From an uncultured Solirubrobacterales bacterium (GTDB lineage: Bacteria > Actinomycetota > Thermoleophilia > Solirubrobacterales > 70-9), in the NCBI GenBank assembly GCA_963771265.1, contig CAVYSQ010000002.1:465-64464 (forward strand): a stretch of 64,000 nt of DNA, written 5' to 3'. Below, in pieces: positions 37,901 to 46,277 of this stretch. The position numbers and the translations under genes were made by a program. The number at the start of each line of letters is the position of its first letter. Position 1 is the stretch's first letter. The notes beneath the pieces were generated by a model. That model ran no database searches. It was not told the origin of the DNA and worked only from the letters and a program-made list of their open reading frames with translations.

Positions 37901-38117
37901 GGGGATAGACGTCCTTGAAGACGCGGGAGAGGACGTGGTGGGAGCCGGGGCGGCCGTTTGCGGTCGGCGGCCCCTCGTAGAAGCTCCAGACCTCGGCACC
38001 ATCGCGGTTGGCCAGGGAACGGTTGAACACGTCGCGCTCGCGCCAGCGCGCCAGCACGCGCTCCTCCAGATCGGGGAAGGACTGTTTCGGGTCGACTGGC
38101 CTGAAGCCGGACATCAC
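34941..38117 (-). CDS. ileS: isoleucine--tRNA ligase
   Basis: 1058 aa. HIGH-type motif PTANGRPGSHH, KMSKS, an editing domain, and a class I anticodon-binding domain. GTG 38117 / ATG 38114 start. Confidence 0.95.
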   Translation of the reverse strand: MMSGFRPVDPKQSFPDLEERVLARWRERDVFNRSLANRDGAEVWSFYEGPPTANGRPGSHHVLSRVFKDVYPRYRTMRGYRVPRKAGWDCHGLPVELEVEKELGISSKQEIEEYGIAKFNQRCRESVFEYVEEWNRLTERIGFWIDLDDPYVTLENEYIESVWWSLGQLWEKGLLYEGHKVVPYCPRCGTALSSHEVALGYQDVEDPSIYVRFPLLAEGGSDADESLLVWTTTPWTLPGNEAVAVAPEVTYVRALVEGETLILAEPLVEKVLGEGAEIVDRFSGRDLVGCRYKGPVFALSDREPDGFPVVAGDFVTTEDGTGLVHIAPAFGEDDYAVAAANGRFDPTDHASLYNPVGPDGRFDQRVIGFEGKFVKDPEVTQALIADLDRRGLLFREQVYEHAYPHCWRCGTPLLYYAKSSWYIATSGARDQLLANNEQIGWHPEHIKYGRFGKWLENNVDWALSRDRYWGTPLPIWECSGEDCDGRFCAGSVAELRERAGGEVPEDLHRPYIDDVAVKCERCGAEMRRVESVIDTWYDSGAMPFAQFHYPFENEELFKERFPADFICEAIDQTRGWFYTLLAESTLLFDTSSYRNCVCLGLILDPEGQKMSKSKGNVVEPWEVVDTHGADAFRWYYLTAQQPWSGYRFSVDTVGESVRQFLLTLWNTYSFWVLYANADDLGPEDFRGEPEPSNDLDRWALSRLQATIASVTAHMDDFDCTAAGREIAAFVEELSNWYVRLSRRRFWDGDRAAFATLRHCLLETAALLAPFTPFLADEIHLNLAGGEAEALGELPDSVHLRDFPSCDPALADPELEAAMEAVRLTVELGRAARAQAKAKVRQPLRRAVIVANDAEREAISARAELVKAELNVKELDFVEEESELVSYAVKPNYRSLGPRFGKRMPRVAAAVEALDPVHVAAVMAEGGEVGINIDGDEHALGADEVTLSLQPLDGYEVEAEAGHAVALQLELDDELRREGLAREIVHAVQNARKEAGLEITDRIELSLGGDEELLAAARAHEDYLAGEVLATSVAYDATSGVSTTLDGRELRIGVSRSAA

Positions 38118-38242
38118 AGATATTCCCGCGGCGTTCCCTCACGGGGAATCAGATATGGACGTTCGGTCACTTTCGCGCTCATGGGCAGGTGATTCTAGGA
38201 GCGAGGCAGCCGATGCCGGAGTTCGTCTAGCCTCAGCACCGC

Positions 38243-39118
38243 ATGCCCACCTACGACCTGAACGGAAAGGTGGCGCTGGTGACCGGCGCCGCACGGGGAA
38301 TCGGCTACGAGACCGCGCGCCAGATGCAGATGCGCGGCGCCTCGGTCGCAGTCGTCGACCTAGATCCCGAGCAGGCGCGCGAGGCGGCCGAGCGTATCGG
38401 CACGCGAGCGATCGGCATCGGTGCCGACGTTGCCGACGAGGGCGCGATGCGAGCCGCCGTCGCCGAGACGGTCGAGCGCTTCGGCGGCCTCGATGTGGCG
38501 GTCGCAAACGCCGGCATCGCCCAGTCCCAGGTGGCGACCGTGCGCGGCATCGGCGGCGAGGAGTGGGAGCGCGTCTTCGAGGTCGACCTGCTCGGCGTCT
38601 GGCGCACGGTCCGTGCGGTGCTGCCACAGATCGTCGAGCGCAAGGGCCACATCGTCGTCACCGGCTCGGTCTACTCCTTCGCCAATGGCGTCCTCAACAG
38701 CCCCTACGCCGTGGCCAAGGCCGGGGTGGAGGCGCTGGGGCGCGGCCTGCGGGCGGAGCTGATGCCGCTCGGCGCCAGCGCCGGCGTCGCCTACTACGGC
38801 TGGGTCGACACGCAGCTCGTTCAGGACGGCTTCGAGCGCAAACATTCCGGCCGCCTGGAGGAGAACGCCCCCGCTTGGTTCTTCAAGCGGATTCAGCCCG
38901 ACGAGGCCGGGGCGGCGACCGTACGTGGGATCGAAGAACGAGCCCCGCGCACCTTCGCGCCGAAGTGGTGGCGCTACGTCTCCGCCCTGCGCGGCATCGT
39001 CAATCCGATTCTCGATCGTCGTTTCGACCGCGACCCGCAGATGTTCGAGACGATCCGCGCGGTCGAGGCCGAAGCCGACGAGGAAGGTGCAGCCGCGGTC
39101 TCAGCTGCCTCGCGTTAG
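38243..39118 (+). CDS. short-chain dehydrogenase/reductase (SDR) family oxidoreductase
   Basis: VALVTGAARGIGYE, NAGIA, YAVAKAG catalytic motif. Confidence 0.85.
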   Translation: MPTYDLNGKVALVTGAARGIGYETARQMQMRGASVAVVDLDPEQAREAAERIGTRAIGIGADVADEGAMRAAVAETVERFGGLDVAVANAGIAQSQVATVRGIGGEEWERVFEVDLLGVWRTVRAVLPQIVERKGHIVVTGSVYSFANGVLNSPYAVAKAGVEALGRGLRAELMPLGASAGVAYYGWVDTQLVQDGFERKHSGRLEENAPAWFFKRIQPDEAGAATVRGIEERAPRTFAPKWWRYVSALRGIVNPILDRRFDRDPQMFETIRAVEAEADEEGAAAVSAASR

Positions 39119-41923
39119 CCGCTCGAGCAGGAAGATCGGCGACTCGTAGGACCCGCCCGTGGCGCGGCTGAGGCCGATCTCGCAGGTGCGGTTGTTCGAG
39201 AGATAAGCGTCGAAGCGGCGACCAGCCAGCTCGGCCGCCTGGTCGGCGGTCGCGGCCTCGGTTAGCTCGGGGTGGCTGAAGCCACGGTCGCCGGCGAAGC
39301 CGCAGCAGGTCGCCGACGGGGCCACGGAGACCTCCGCGGCAAGGGCGTTGGCGAGGGCCCGCAGGCGCGGCGCCAACCCCATCTGGCGGGTCGCGCAGGT
39401 TGGGTGAACGGTGGCCGAGCCGAGCCGGCTGCGGATGCTCAGCCTCGGCAAGAGCCGGTCGTTCATCCAGGCGACGGAATCGAGGATCGTCAGCTTCGCC
39501 AGCCGCTCGGCGTTCTCCGCGCCGAGCGCCCCCTCGCCAGGCTCGGCGACCGCATGGGTGCAGGAGGCAGCATCGATCACCACCGCTAGCTCTCCCTCGC
39601 CGCTCCAATGCCAGAGGCGCTCGACCATCTCGTTCGCCTTGTGGCGATGGGCGGCGCCGAACCCTTTCGAGCTCCAGGGCAGGCCGCAGCAACTTCCCGT
39701 GACCTCCCCCGGGATCCAAAGTGGAAGCTCGGCGCGGGCCGAGACCGCGACCATCGCCTCCGTAAGGCTCGCCGGCCCGGGCTCGCCCTTGGCGCGGCCG
39801 AAGATGCGATTGGTACAGGAGGGAACGTAGACGGCGGCAGCGCCATCGCGTTCGGTGTCCGGTAATCCCGCGGGGGCAGCGAGGGGAAGGCCGGCACCAC
39901 GCTTGGAGCGGCGCGCCAGCGGACCGCCGACCCGAACCGCCGCCCGCGACGCCTTCTCCACCGGCCCCCAGTTCTTTGCGGTACGCAGCGCCAGCGCTTC
40001 GGCGCGCGGCGAGTGGCGCTCGCTGCGCAGCTCCTTGACCAGCTTGCCGGTGTCGATCCCAAGCGGGCAGGCAAGGCGGCAGGAGCCGTCGGCGGCGCAG
40101 GTCTCGAGCCCGTCGTAGGAGTACTCCTCCTCCAGCGCCTGGCGCAATGGTGACCCCTCGGGCTGGCGGGCGATCTCGCGGCGCAGAACGATCCGCTGCC
40201 GCGGCGTCGTCGTCAGGTGGCGGCTGGGGCAGACCGGCTCACAGAAGCCGCACTCAACGCAGGTGCTCGCCGACTCCTCCTCCACCTCCGGCATGGTTTT
40301 CAGGTTGCGCAAATGCACACCGGGGTCGCGGTTGAGCACGACGCCCGGGGCGAGCACGCCATCGGGATCGGCGAGACGCTTGACTCGCCACATCAGCTCG
40401 GTTGCCTTCTCACCCCACTCGCGCTCGACGTAGGGCGCCATGTTTAGCCCGGTGCCATGCTCGGCCTTGAGCGAGCCGTCGTACTTGTCGACGATCAGCT
40501 CAACCAGTTTCGCCATGAAGGACTCGTAGCGCTCCAGGTCCTCCTGCTTGGAGAAATCGGGGGTGAGCATGAAGTGCAGGTTGCCGGCGGAGGCATGGCC
40601 GGCGACACCGGGGAGGAAGCCGTGCTCGCCGAGCAGGACCTGCAGGTCGCGGGCGCCTTCGGCGATCCGCTCCGGCGGCACGCAGACGTCCTCGACGATC
40701 AGCGCCGTGCCTGGCAGTCGCAGCCGGCCAACCAGTCCGTGCAGCCCCTCGCGCACCCGCCAGGCGAGCCCGATCTCCTCCGCCTCGCGGCTGAACTCGA
40801 TCGGTCTGATCGTCTCCTGGGAGGCGACGATCTCGCTTGCCCTGGCCACGTAGGCGTCCAGCTCCGCATCCGTGCTGGCGCCGAACTCGACCAGCAGCAC
40901 CGCCGAATCCGGCGGCAACTCTTTCCACTCCTCGGGCGCGCCGACCATGTTCCAGGCGGCAGTGATCAGGGCGGGCGCGACCATCAGCTCGACCGCCGTG
41001 GCGCCGCAGTCGACCAGGTCGCGGACGGGGGCGACCGCCTCGTCGATGCTCGGGAAGTGAATCCAAGCGGTCGTCGTGCGGGCGGGAAGCGGCACGGTCT
41101 CGAAGACCGCCTCGGCGACGAAGCCAAGGGTTCCCTCCGAGCCGACCAGGAGCCGCCGGAAGATCTCCAGCGGCTCGTCGGCGTCGAGGAAGGCGCAGAG
41201 GCGGTAGCCGGTGGTGTTCTTGATCGCGAACTTGCGCTCGATGCGATCGCGCAGCTCGGCGTCGGCACGGATCGCGTCCCGGATCGCGGCCAGGCCCGCG
41301 GCCAACTCGGGCTCGGCGGCGGCGAAGCGCTCGGCGGCATTGGGCTCGGCAGTGTCGAGCGTCGTTCCGGAGGGCAGGACGAAGGTCAGCGAGCGCACGG
41401 TCGAGTAGGAGTCACGGGTAGTGCCGCAGCGCATGCCACCGGAGTTGTTGGCGATTACCCCGCCGACGGTGGCGATGTCGGTGCTGGCGGGATCGGGGCC
41501 GAGCTTGCGGCCGTGTGGAGCGAGCACGCGGTTGGCGTGGCCGAGCACGATTCCCGGTTTGACCCGAGCGGCGGCTCCGTCCTCCTCGACCGCAACGCCG
41601 CCGAAATGGCGCCTCACGTCGATCAGGATGCCGTCGCTCTGGCCTTGGCCGTTGAGGCTGGTGCCGCCGGCGCGGAAGACGACCGGCACGTCGTGGGCAC
41701 GGCCGTAGGCCAGGGTCTTGGCAACGTCGTCGGCGTCGTGGGCCATCACCACCACCTGCGGCAGCAGCCGGTAGGGGCTTGCGTCGGAGGCGTAGCGGAC
41801 AATGTCGCTGGCCCGGCCCAGGACGCGGTCCTCGCCGAGCAGGGCCTCGAGCTCGCCGCGCAGCGGCTGCGCGGCCCCGCCGGCCAGCAACTCGGGGGCG
41901 CGGTCGGGGGCTGCGACGGTCAT
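39101..41923 (-). CDS. FAD-linked oxidase fused to 4Fe-4S and CCG (GlcF/HdrD-like) domains (D-2-hydroxyacid dehydrogenase/glycolate oxidase type)
   Basis: FAD-binding PCMH domain (VVFRAGGTSLNGQ), ferredoxin-type CVECGFCEPVCPS, and C-terminal Cys-rich repeats. 940 aa. The 3' end overlaps the convergent SDR by 18 nt. Confidence 0.85.
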   Translation of the reverse strand: MTVAAPDRAPELLAGGAAQPLRGELEALLGEDRVLGRASDIVRYASDASPYRLLPQVVVMAHDADDVAKTLAYGRAHDVPVVFRAGGTSLNGQGQSDGILIDVRRHFGGVAVEEDGAAARVKPGIVLGHANRVLAPHGRKLGPDPASTDIATVGGVIANNSGGMRCGTTRDSYSTVRSLTFVLPSGTTLDTAEPNAAERFAAAEPELAAGLAAIRDAIRADAELRDRIERKFAIKNTTGYRLCAFLDADEPLEIFRRLLVGSEGTLGFVAEAVFETVPLPARTTTAWIHFPSIDEAVAPVRDLVDCGATAVELMVAPALITAAWNMVGAPEEWKELPPDSAVLLVEFGASTDAELDAYVARASEIVASQETIRPIEFSREAEEIGLAWRVREGLHGLVGRLRLPGTALIVEDVCVPPERIAEGARDLQVLLGEHGFLPGVAGHASAGNLHFMLTPDFSKQEDLERYESFMAKLVELIVDKYDGSLKAEHGTGLNMAPYVEREWGEKATELMWRVKRLADPDGVLAPGVVLNRDPGVHLRNLKTMPEVEEESASTCVECGFCEPVCPSRHLTTTPRQRIVLRREIARQPEGSPLRQALEEEYSYDGLETCAADGSCRLACPLGIDTGKLVKELRSERHSPRAEALALRTAKNWGPVEKASRAAVRVGGPLARRSKRGAGLPLAAPAGLPDTERDGAAAVYVPSCTNRIFGRAKGEPGPASLTEAMVAVSARAELPLWIPGEVTGSCCGLPWSSKGFGAAHRHKANEMVERLWHWSGEGELAVVIDAASCTHAVAEPGEGALGAENAERLAKLTILDSVAWMNDRLLPRLSIRSRLGSATVHPTCATRQMGLAPRLRALANALAAEVSVAPSATCCGFAGDRGFSHPELTEAATADQAAELAGRRFDAYLSNNRTCEIGLSRATGGSYESPIFLLERLTRGS

Positions 41924-41947
41924 CCCTGAATCTTCCTAGAACAGCAT

Positions 41948-43555
41948 CTAAAAGAGAGACATGCCCGGCTGCACCGGCACTTCGACCAGCTCCGGCCGCG
42001 AGGAGGCGAGCGACTTGGCGAGCGCGTCGCGTACCTCGTCGCGGCCACTCGCCCGCTGGGTCGAGACGCCGTAACCCGCGGCGACGGCGGCTACGTCGAG
42101 ATCGGGCAGATCGAGGCCCGGCGCGCCCGTGACCGACTCGACTTCGGCGAACCACTTGAGGATCGCGTACTCGGAGTTGCGCAGGACGAGGAAGGTGACC
42201 GGGACCTCGTGGGCGACGGCGCTCCAGAAGGCGGTGACCGCGTACTGGACCGAGCCCTCGCCGATCACGCAGACGACGGGGCGGTCGGGCTGGGCCAGCT
42301 GCACGCCGACGGACGCGGAGAGGCCGAAGCCGAGGCCGCCGCCGGCGCTGAAGTAGTAGCTGCCGGGGCGGGAGAGGCGAAGCTGGTTGCGCAGGGCGAG
42401 CGTGCTGGCGGGCGACTCGAGCACGACGATGCCGTCCTCGGGGAAGACCTCGGCCAGGGCGGAGTGCACCGTGGAGGAGTTGAGCGGATCCTCAGCGGGG
42501 ATTTCCGTCGGCCCCGGGTTCGGCTCGGGGGTCGGGCGCGAGGCCTCGGGGACTGCCTCCAGCAGCGCCGCGAGGGTCAGGCCGACGTCGGCGACGATCG
42601 CGTAGCCCATCGGCGCCCGGGCGGCCTCGTCGGGATCACTGGTGATCGCCACGAGCGTCGCCCCCTCGGGCAGCAGCGGGCCGGGGATATGGGGGTAGTA
42701 GGGGAAGACGGAGCTGCCGGCAACGAGGATCAGGTCGTGACCCTCGAGCGTCTGTGCGACCGGCCCGATCGCCGGCGGCAGGACGCCGCGGAAGTTGGGG
42801 TGGCCCTCGGGGAAGCCGAGCTTGCCGCCGCCCGGAGCGGGGGTTGCCCAGACCGGCAGGTGCTGCCGCTCGGCCAGCGCCACTGCCGCATCCCAGCCAC
42901 CGCTGGCGTCGATGTCAGGGCCCGCAACGAGAACCGGGTTGCTCGCCTGGTCGAGATGTGCAGCGAGCCGGCGGACCGATTCCGGATCGGCGACAGCGCG
43001 TCCGTTCACGCCGCGTTTGATCGCCTCGCCCGCGGCAGCCTCGTCGACATCGACATCCCAGTCGTCCATCGGGATCGAGACGAAGGTGGGCCCCTGCGGT
43101 GGCAACGAGGCGAGGTGGATCCCACGAGCGAGGGCGAGCGGCACGTCCTCGGCCCGGGGCGGCTCGTAAGCCCACTTGACCAGCGGGTGCGGCATGCGGA
43201 TCGCGTCGCGGTTGGTCAGGTTCGCCTGCAGGGTCATCTGCGCCCGCGCCTGCTGGCCGGCGGTGACCAGGACAGGTGAGTGATTGGCCTGGGCGTTGAA
43301 GATCGCCCCCATCGCGTTGCCAACTCCTGGCGCGGTGTGGAGGTTGGCGATCGAGGGGCGGCGAGAGGCCTGCGCGTAGCCGTCTGCCATGCCCACAACC
43401 ACCGCCTCGTGCAGCCCGAGCACGAAGCGGAAATCACCCGGGAAATCGGCCAGCATCGGTAGCTCGGTAGAGCCGGGGTTGCCGAAGATCGTCGTCATCC
43501 CCTGGGCACGGAAGAGGTCGTAGCTGGCGTCGCGCACGGTCGGCATGGCGGGCAC
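41948..43555 (-). CDS. mdlC: thiamine-diphosphate enzyme, benzoylformate decarboxylase-like
   Basis: The N-terminus (TIFGNPGSTELPMLADFPGDFRFVLGLHEAVVVGMADGYAQASRRP..NLHTAPGVGNAMGAIFNA) closely parallels Pseudomonas putida benzoylformate decarboxylase as I recall it. TPP motif GEGSVQY..N. Confidence 0.8.
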   Translation of the reverse strand: MPAMPTVRDASYDLFRAQGMTTIFGNPGSTELPMLADFPGDFRFVLGLHEAVVVGMADGYAQASRRPSIANLHTAPGVGNAMGAIFNAQANHSPVLVTAGQQARAQMTLQANLTNRDAIRMPHPLVKWAYEPPRAEDVPLALARGIHLASLPPQGPTFVSIPMDDWDVDVDEAAAGEAIKRGVNGRAVADPESVRRLAAHLDQASNPVLVAGPDIDASGGWDAAVALAERQHLPVWATPAPGGGKLGFPEGHPNFRGVLPPAIGPVAQTLEGHDLILVAGSSVFPYYPHIPGPLLPEGATLVAITSDPDEAARAPMGYAIVADVGLTLAALLEAVPEASRPTPEPNPGPTEIPAEDPLNSSTVHSALAEVFPEDGIVVLESPASTLALRNQLRLSRPGSYYFSAGGGLGFGLSASVGVQLAQPDRPVVCVIGEGSVQYAVTAFWSAVAHEVPVTFLVLRNSEYAILKWFAEVESVTGAPGLDLPDLDVAAVAAGYGVSTQRASGRDEVRDALAKSLASSRPELVEVPVQPGMSLF

Positions 43556-43573
43556 CCTATTCCACGATCTGAG

Positions 43574-44368
43574 TTGCGGTACTCAAGCGCGGTGGGGGTG
43601 GCTGTCGATAGGGGCGGGGAGGTGCCAGGGACTCTCGACATTTCGCCACGCAGGACGCACGGGCGCCTCGCACTGCTCGCACTCGCAGCGACCGCGCTTC
43701 TCGCCGCCTGGGCGGCAGGGCCGGCGAGCGCCGCGCCGATCCCCACCCGGATCGCCTATGCAACCGGCGAACTCGTCCCGATCCCCGCCTCGATCCCGCA
43801 CGAAGAAGGCGACATGGTCGATCGGCGCATCGTGCCGAACCTGCGCTGGATCGCCGCCCGCTTCCCGATCTACGTCACCGACGGTTACTCCGGCAAGCTG
43901 CCCAACGGCGAACACGCCGGCTGCCACGGCTGCCACGTGCGGAACTCGGACCACTACAACGGCCTCGCCGTGGACATCGTCGCGCTGAATGGAACCGGTG
44001 GCTGCGACCGCGCCTGGAACGGCATCACCCGGCTCGCCCACTGGGCTGAGCCGGTGCAGAACCGACCGCGGGCGCCGTTCCGCTGGGTCGGCTACGACGG
44101 CGACGCCGGGCACGGCTGCGGGCACCACCTCCATCTCTCCTGGGAACACGCAATCGCGCCGATGTTCGAGCTGGCCGAATGGGTCGAGGTCTTCCCGGTC
44201 ACCCAGCAGAGCGTCGCCAAACAACCACAGCCGAGCGGTGATCCCTCGGGCCTCAAACCGCCCGAGGGCCCACAGGGCGGCAGCGAGCCCGGCCCCACCT
44301 ACAGGCAGGGCCCGCGCGGCGGCGTCTCGGTGGTCGAGTCCGGCGGCGTCTCCCCCCGCGGCGACTGA
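43574..44368 (+). CDS. secreted LAS-type zinc peptidase (M15/VanY-like, tentative)
   Basis: Signal region RRTHGRLALLALAATALLAAWAAGPASA. SxHxxGxAxD motif (NSDHYNGLAVDI) and a downstream HHLHLS. The start is probably later than the track start, which lies only 18 nt from the divergent mdlC start. Confidence 0.6.
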   Translation: MRYSSAVGVAVDRGGEVPGTLDISPRRTHGRLALLALAATALLAAWAAGPASAAPIPTRIAYATGELVPIPASIPHEEGDMVDRRIVPNLRWIAARFPIYVTDGYSGKLPNGEHAGCHGCHVRNSDHYNGLAVDIVALNGTGGCDRAWNGITRLAHWAEPVQNRPRAPFRWVGYDGDAGHGCGHHLHLSWEHAIAPMFELAEWVEVFPVTQQSVAKQPQPSGDPSGLKPPEGPQGGSEPGPTYRQGPRGGVSVVESGGVSPRGD

Positions 44369-44376
44369 GCCACGGG

Positions 44377-44427
44377 ACGTGCCGGTGCGTAGAGGTCCAT
44401 ATTGAGGGCACCGGAGCACCGGCACGT
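44377..44427. terminator. 12-bp perfect hairpin between peptidase and lipoprotein genes
   Basis: ACGTGCCGGTGC (44377..44388) / GCACCGGCACGT (44416..44427). Both arms are followed by GTGCGTAG. No U-tract. Confidence 0.35.
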
Positions 44428-44442
44428 GCGTAGGATGCGCCG

Positions 44443-44910
44443 GTGCGCCGCTCGCTTCTGCTCGTCCTTGCCTGCGTAGTCGGGATCGCCGGTTGCGGCG
44501 GTAATGACGACGCAACCCCGGTCGCCTGTCTGGAAGGCGCCCCGGTTTACCTCACTGCCCTTGACGACGCCCCCGGCGAGGTCAGGTTGAACGGCGAGGC
44601 GCCGATCTCCGACTGCCTCGCGGCCAACCAGGCCGGCGGCGACCTGGCAGAAGTCGGCACCGCGATGCTGGCGGCGGCGACCGAGCTCAACGCCGAGGCG
44701 CGCGCTCAGCCCGGCGGCGCCTCGAACCTCCAGCTCGGCTACCTGCTCGGCGCCGCCCAGAGCGGTGCCGAGGGCAGCGAAGGGATCCATGCCGAGCTGA
44801 TCCGCCGCCTCTCGGCGGCGGCCCGCTACAGCCCCGACAGCCGCCCCCTTCCCCAGACCTTCCTGGGCACCTACCGCCGCGGCTACGACGCCGGCCAAAG
44901 GCGCGGCTGA
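44443..44910 (+). CDS. hypothetical lipoprotein
   Basis: GTG start, signal peptide with lipobox LLLVLACVVGIAGCGG. No family recognised. Confidence 0.65.
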   Translation: MRRSLLLVLACVVGIAGCGGNDDATPVACLEGAPVYLTALDDAPGEVRLNGEAPISDCLAANQAGGDLAEVGTAMLAAATELNAEARAQPGGASNLQLGYLLGAAQSGAEGSEGIHAELIRRLSAAARYSPDSRPLPQTFLGTYRRGYDAGQRRG

Positions 44911-44949
44911 ATACGCTGCCGGGACCACGACTTCGATGGAGGAACCGAC

Positions 44950-46263
44950 TTGACCGAGCAGCTCTGGGGTGGCGAGACCACCAAGGCCGTTGAGAACTTT
45001 CCCGTCTCCGGTGAGCGGGTCCCCGCTCCCGTCGTCCGCTGGCTAGGACGGCTGAAGGCAGCGGCAGCCCGGGTCAACGGCGAACTGGGCGGACTCGACA
45101 CCGACCTCGCCGCGCGAATCGCCGATGCTGGCGACGCGGTCGCAGCCGGCGAGCACGACGACCAGTTCCCCGTCGACGTCTTCCAGACCGGCTCCGGTAC
45201 TTCCTCCAACATGAACGCCAACGAGGTGCTTGCCAACCTCGCCGGTGATGGAGCCCACGCCAACGACCACGTCAATATGGGCCAGTCCTCCAACGACGTC
45301 TTCCCCTCCGCCGTCCACCTTGCCGCCCTGGGCGAGGTCAGCCACGACCTGCTGCCGGCGATGGAGGGCCTGCAGGCGGCGCTGGAGGAGAAGGCGGAGC
45401 GCTTCGTCGACACGGTCAAGGCCGGCCGCACCCACCTGATGGATGCGGTGCCGGTCACTCTCGGCCAGGAGTTCGGCGGCTACGCCGCGCAGGTGCGGCT
45501 CGGCATCCAGCGGATCGAGGGAACGCTGCGCCGGGTCGGCCAGATCCCGCTCGGTGGCACCGCCACGGGGACCGGCCTCAACACCCATCCCGAGTTCGCC
45601 GCCAAGGTGCGGGAGAAGCTGGCCGAGGACACCGGCCTGGCGATCTCCGAGCCGCTCGATCACTTCGAGGCCCAGGGCAACCGCGACGCCCTGGTCGAGC
45701 TTTCCGGCGCGCTCAAGGTCTACGCCGTCTCGCTCAACAAGATCGCCAACGACCTGGCGCTGATGGGCTCAGGTCCACGCGCCGGCCTGGCGGAGTTACG
45801 TCTGCCCGAGCTGCAGAAGGGCTCCTCGATCATGCCGGGCAAGGTCAATCCAGTGATCCCGGAGGTCGTGATCCAGGTCGCCGCCCAGGTGATCGGCAAC
45901 GACACGGCGATCACCGTCGCCGGCAGCCAGGGCCAGTTCGAGCTCAATGTCCGGGTACCGCTGATCGCCCGCGACCTGCTCGACTCGATCAAGCTGCTCG
46001 CCTCCGCCTCCCGCCTGCTGAACGAGAAATGCGTGGCGGGGATCGAGGCCAACGAGGAGATGACCGAGCGTCACGCCGAGGCTACCCTCGCCACCGCAAC
46101 CGCGCTCAATCCCCACATCGGCTACGACCGCGCCGCCGACATCGTCAAGGCCGCGGCCGAGTCGGGCCGCTCCCTGCGCGAGGTCGCCCTAGAGCAAGGC
46201 GTCGAGCCGTCCGTCCTGGAGGAGGCACTCGACCACCGTCGCATGGCACGCCCCCACGAGTAG
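44950..46263 (+). CDS. fumC: class II fumarate hydratase / aspartase family lyase (FumC-like)
   Basis: GSSIMPGKVNP signature, TGSGTSSNMNANEVLAN, QSSNDVFPSAVH. TTG start. The N-terminus is about 20 aa shorter than E. coli FumC and no upstream in-frame start exists (frame closed at 44908). Confidence 0.8.
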   Translation: MTEQLWGGETTKAVENFPVSGERVPAPVVRWLGRLKAAAARVNGELGGLDTDLAARIADAGDAVAAGEHDDQFPVDVFQTGSGTSSNMNANEVLANLAGDGAHANDHVNMGQSSNDVFPSAVHLAALGEVSHDLLPAMEGLQAALEEKAERFVDTVKAGRTHLMDAVPVTLGQEFGGYAAQVRLGIQRIEGTLRRVGQIPLGGTATGTGLNTHPEFAAKVREKLAEDTGLAISEPLDHFEAQGNRDALVELSGALKVYAVSLNKIANDLALMGSGPRAGLAELRLPELQKGSSIMPGKVNPVIPEVVIQVAAQVIGNDTAITVAGSQGQFELNVRVPLIARDLLDSIKLLASASRLLNEKCVAGIEANEEMTERHAEATLATATALNPHIGYDRAADIVKAAAESGRSLREVALEQGVEPSVLEEALDHRRMARPHE

Positions 46264-46277
46264 GCAGTGGGAGGCAG

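Noticed and set aside
38118-38242. Full T-box riboswitch for ileS.
   Set aside because: The spacer is only 125 nt and is shared with a divergent promoter. The conserved T-box sequence (..GGUGGUACCGCG..) is absent; only AGUGACCGAACG is vaguely similar. I kept only the low-interest observation about the alternative SD pairing.
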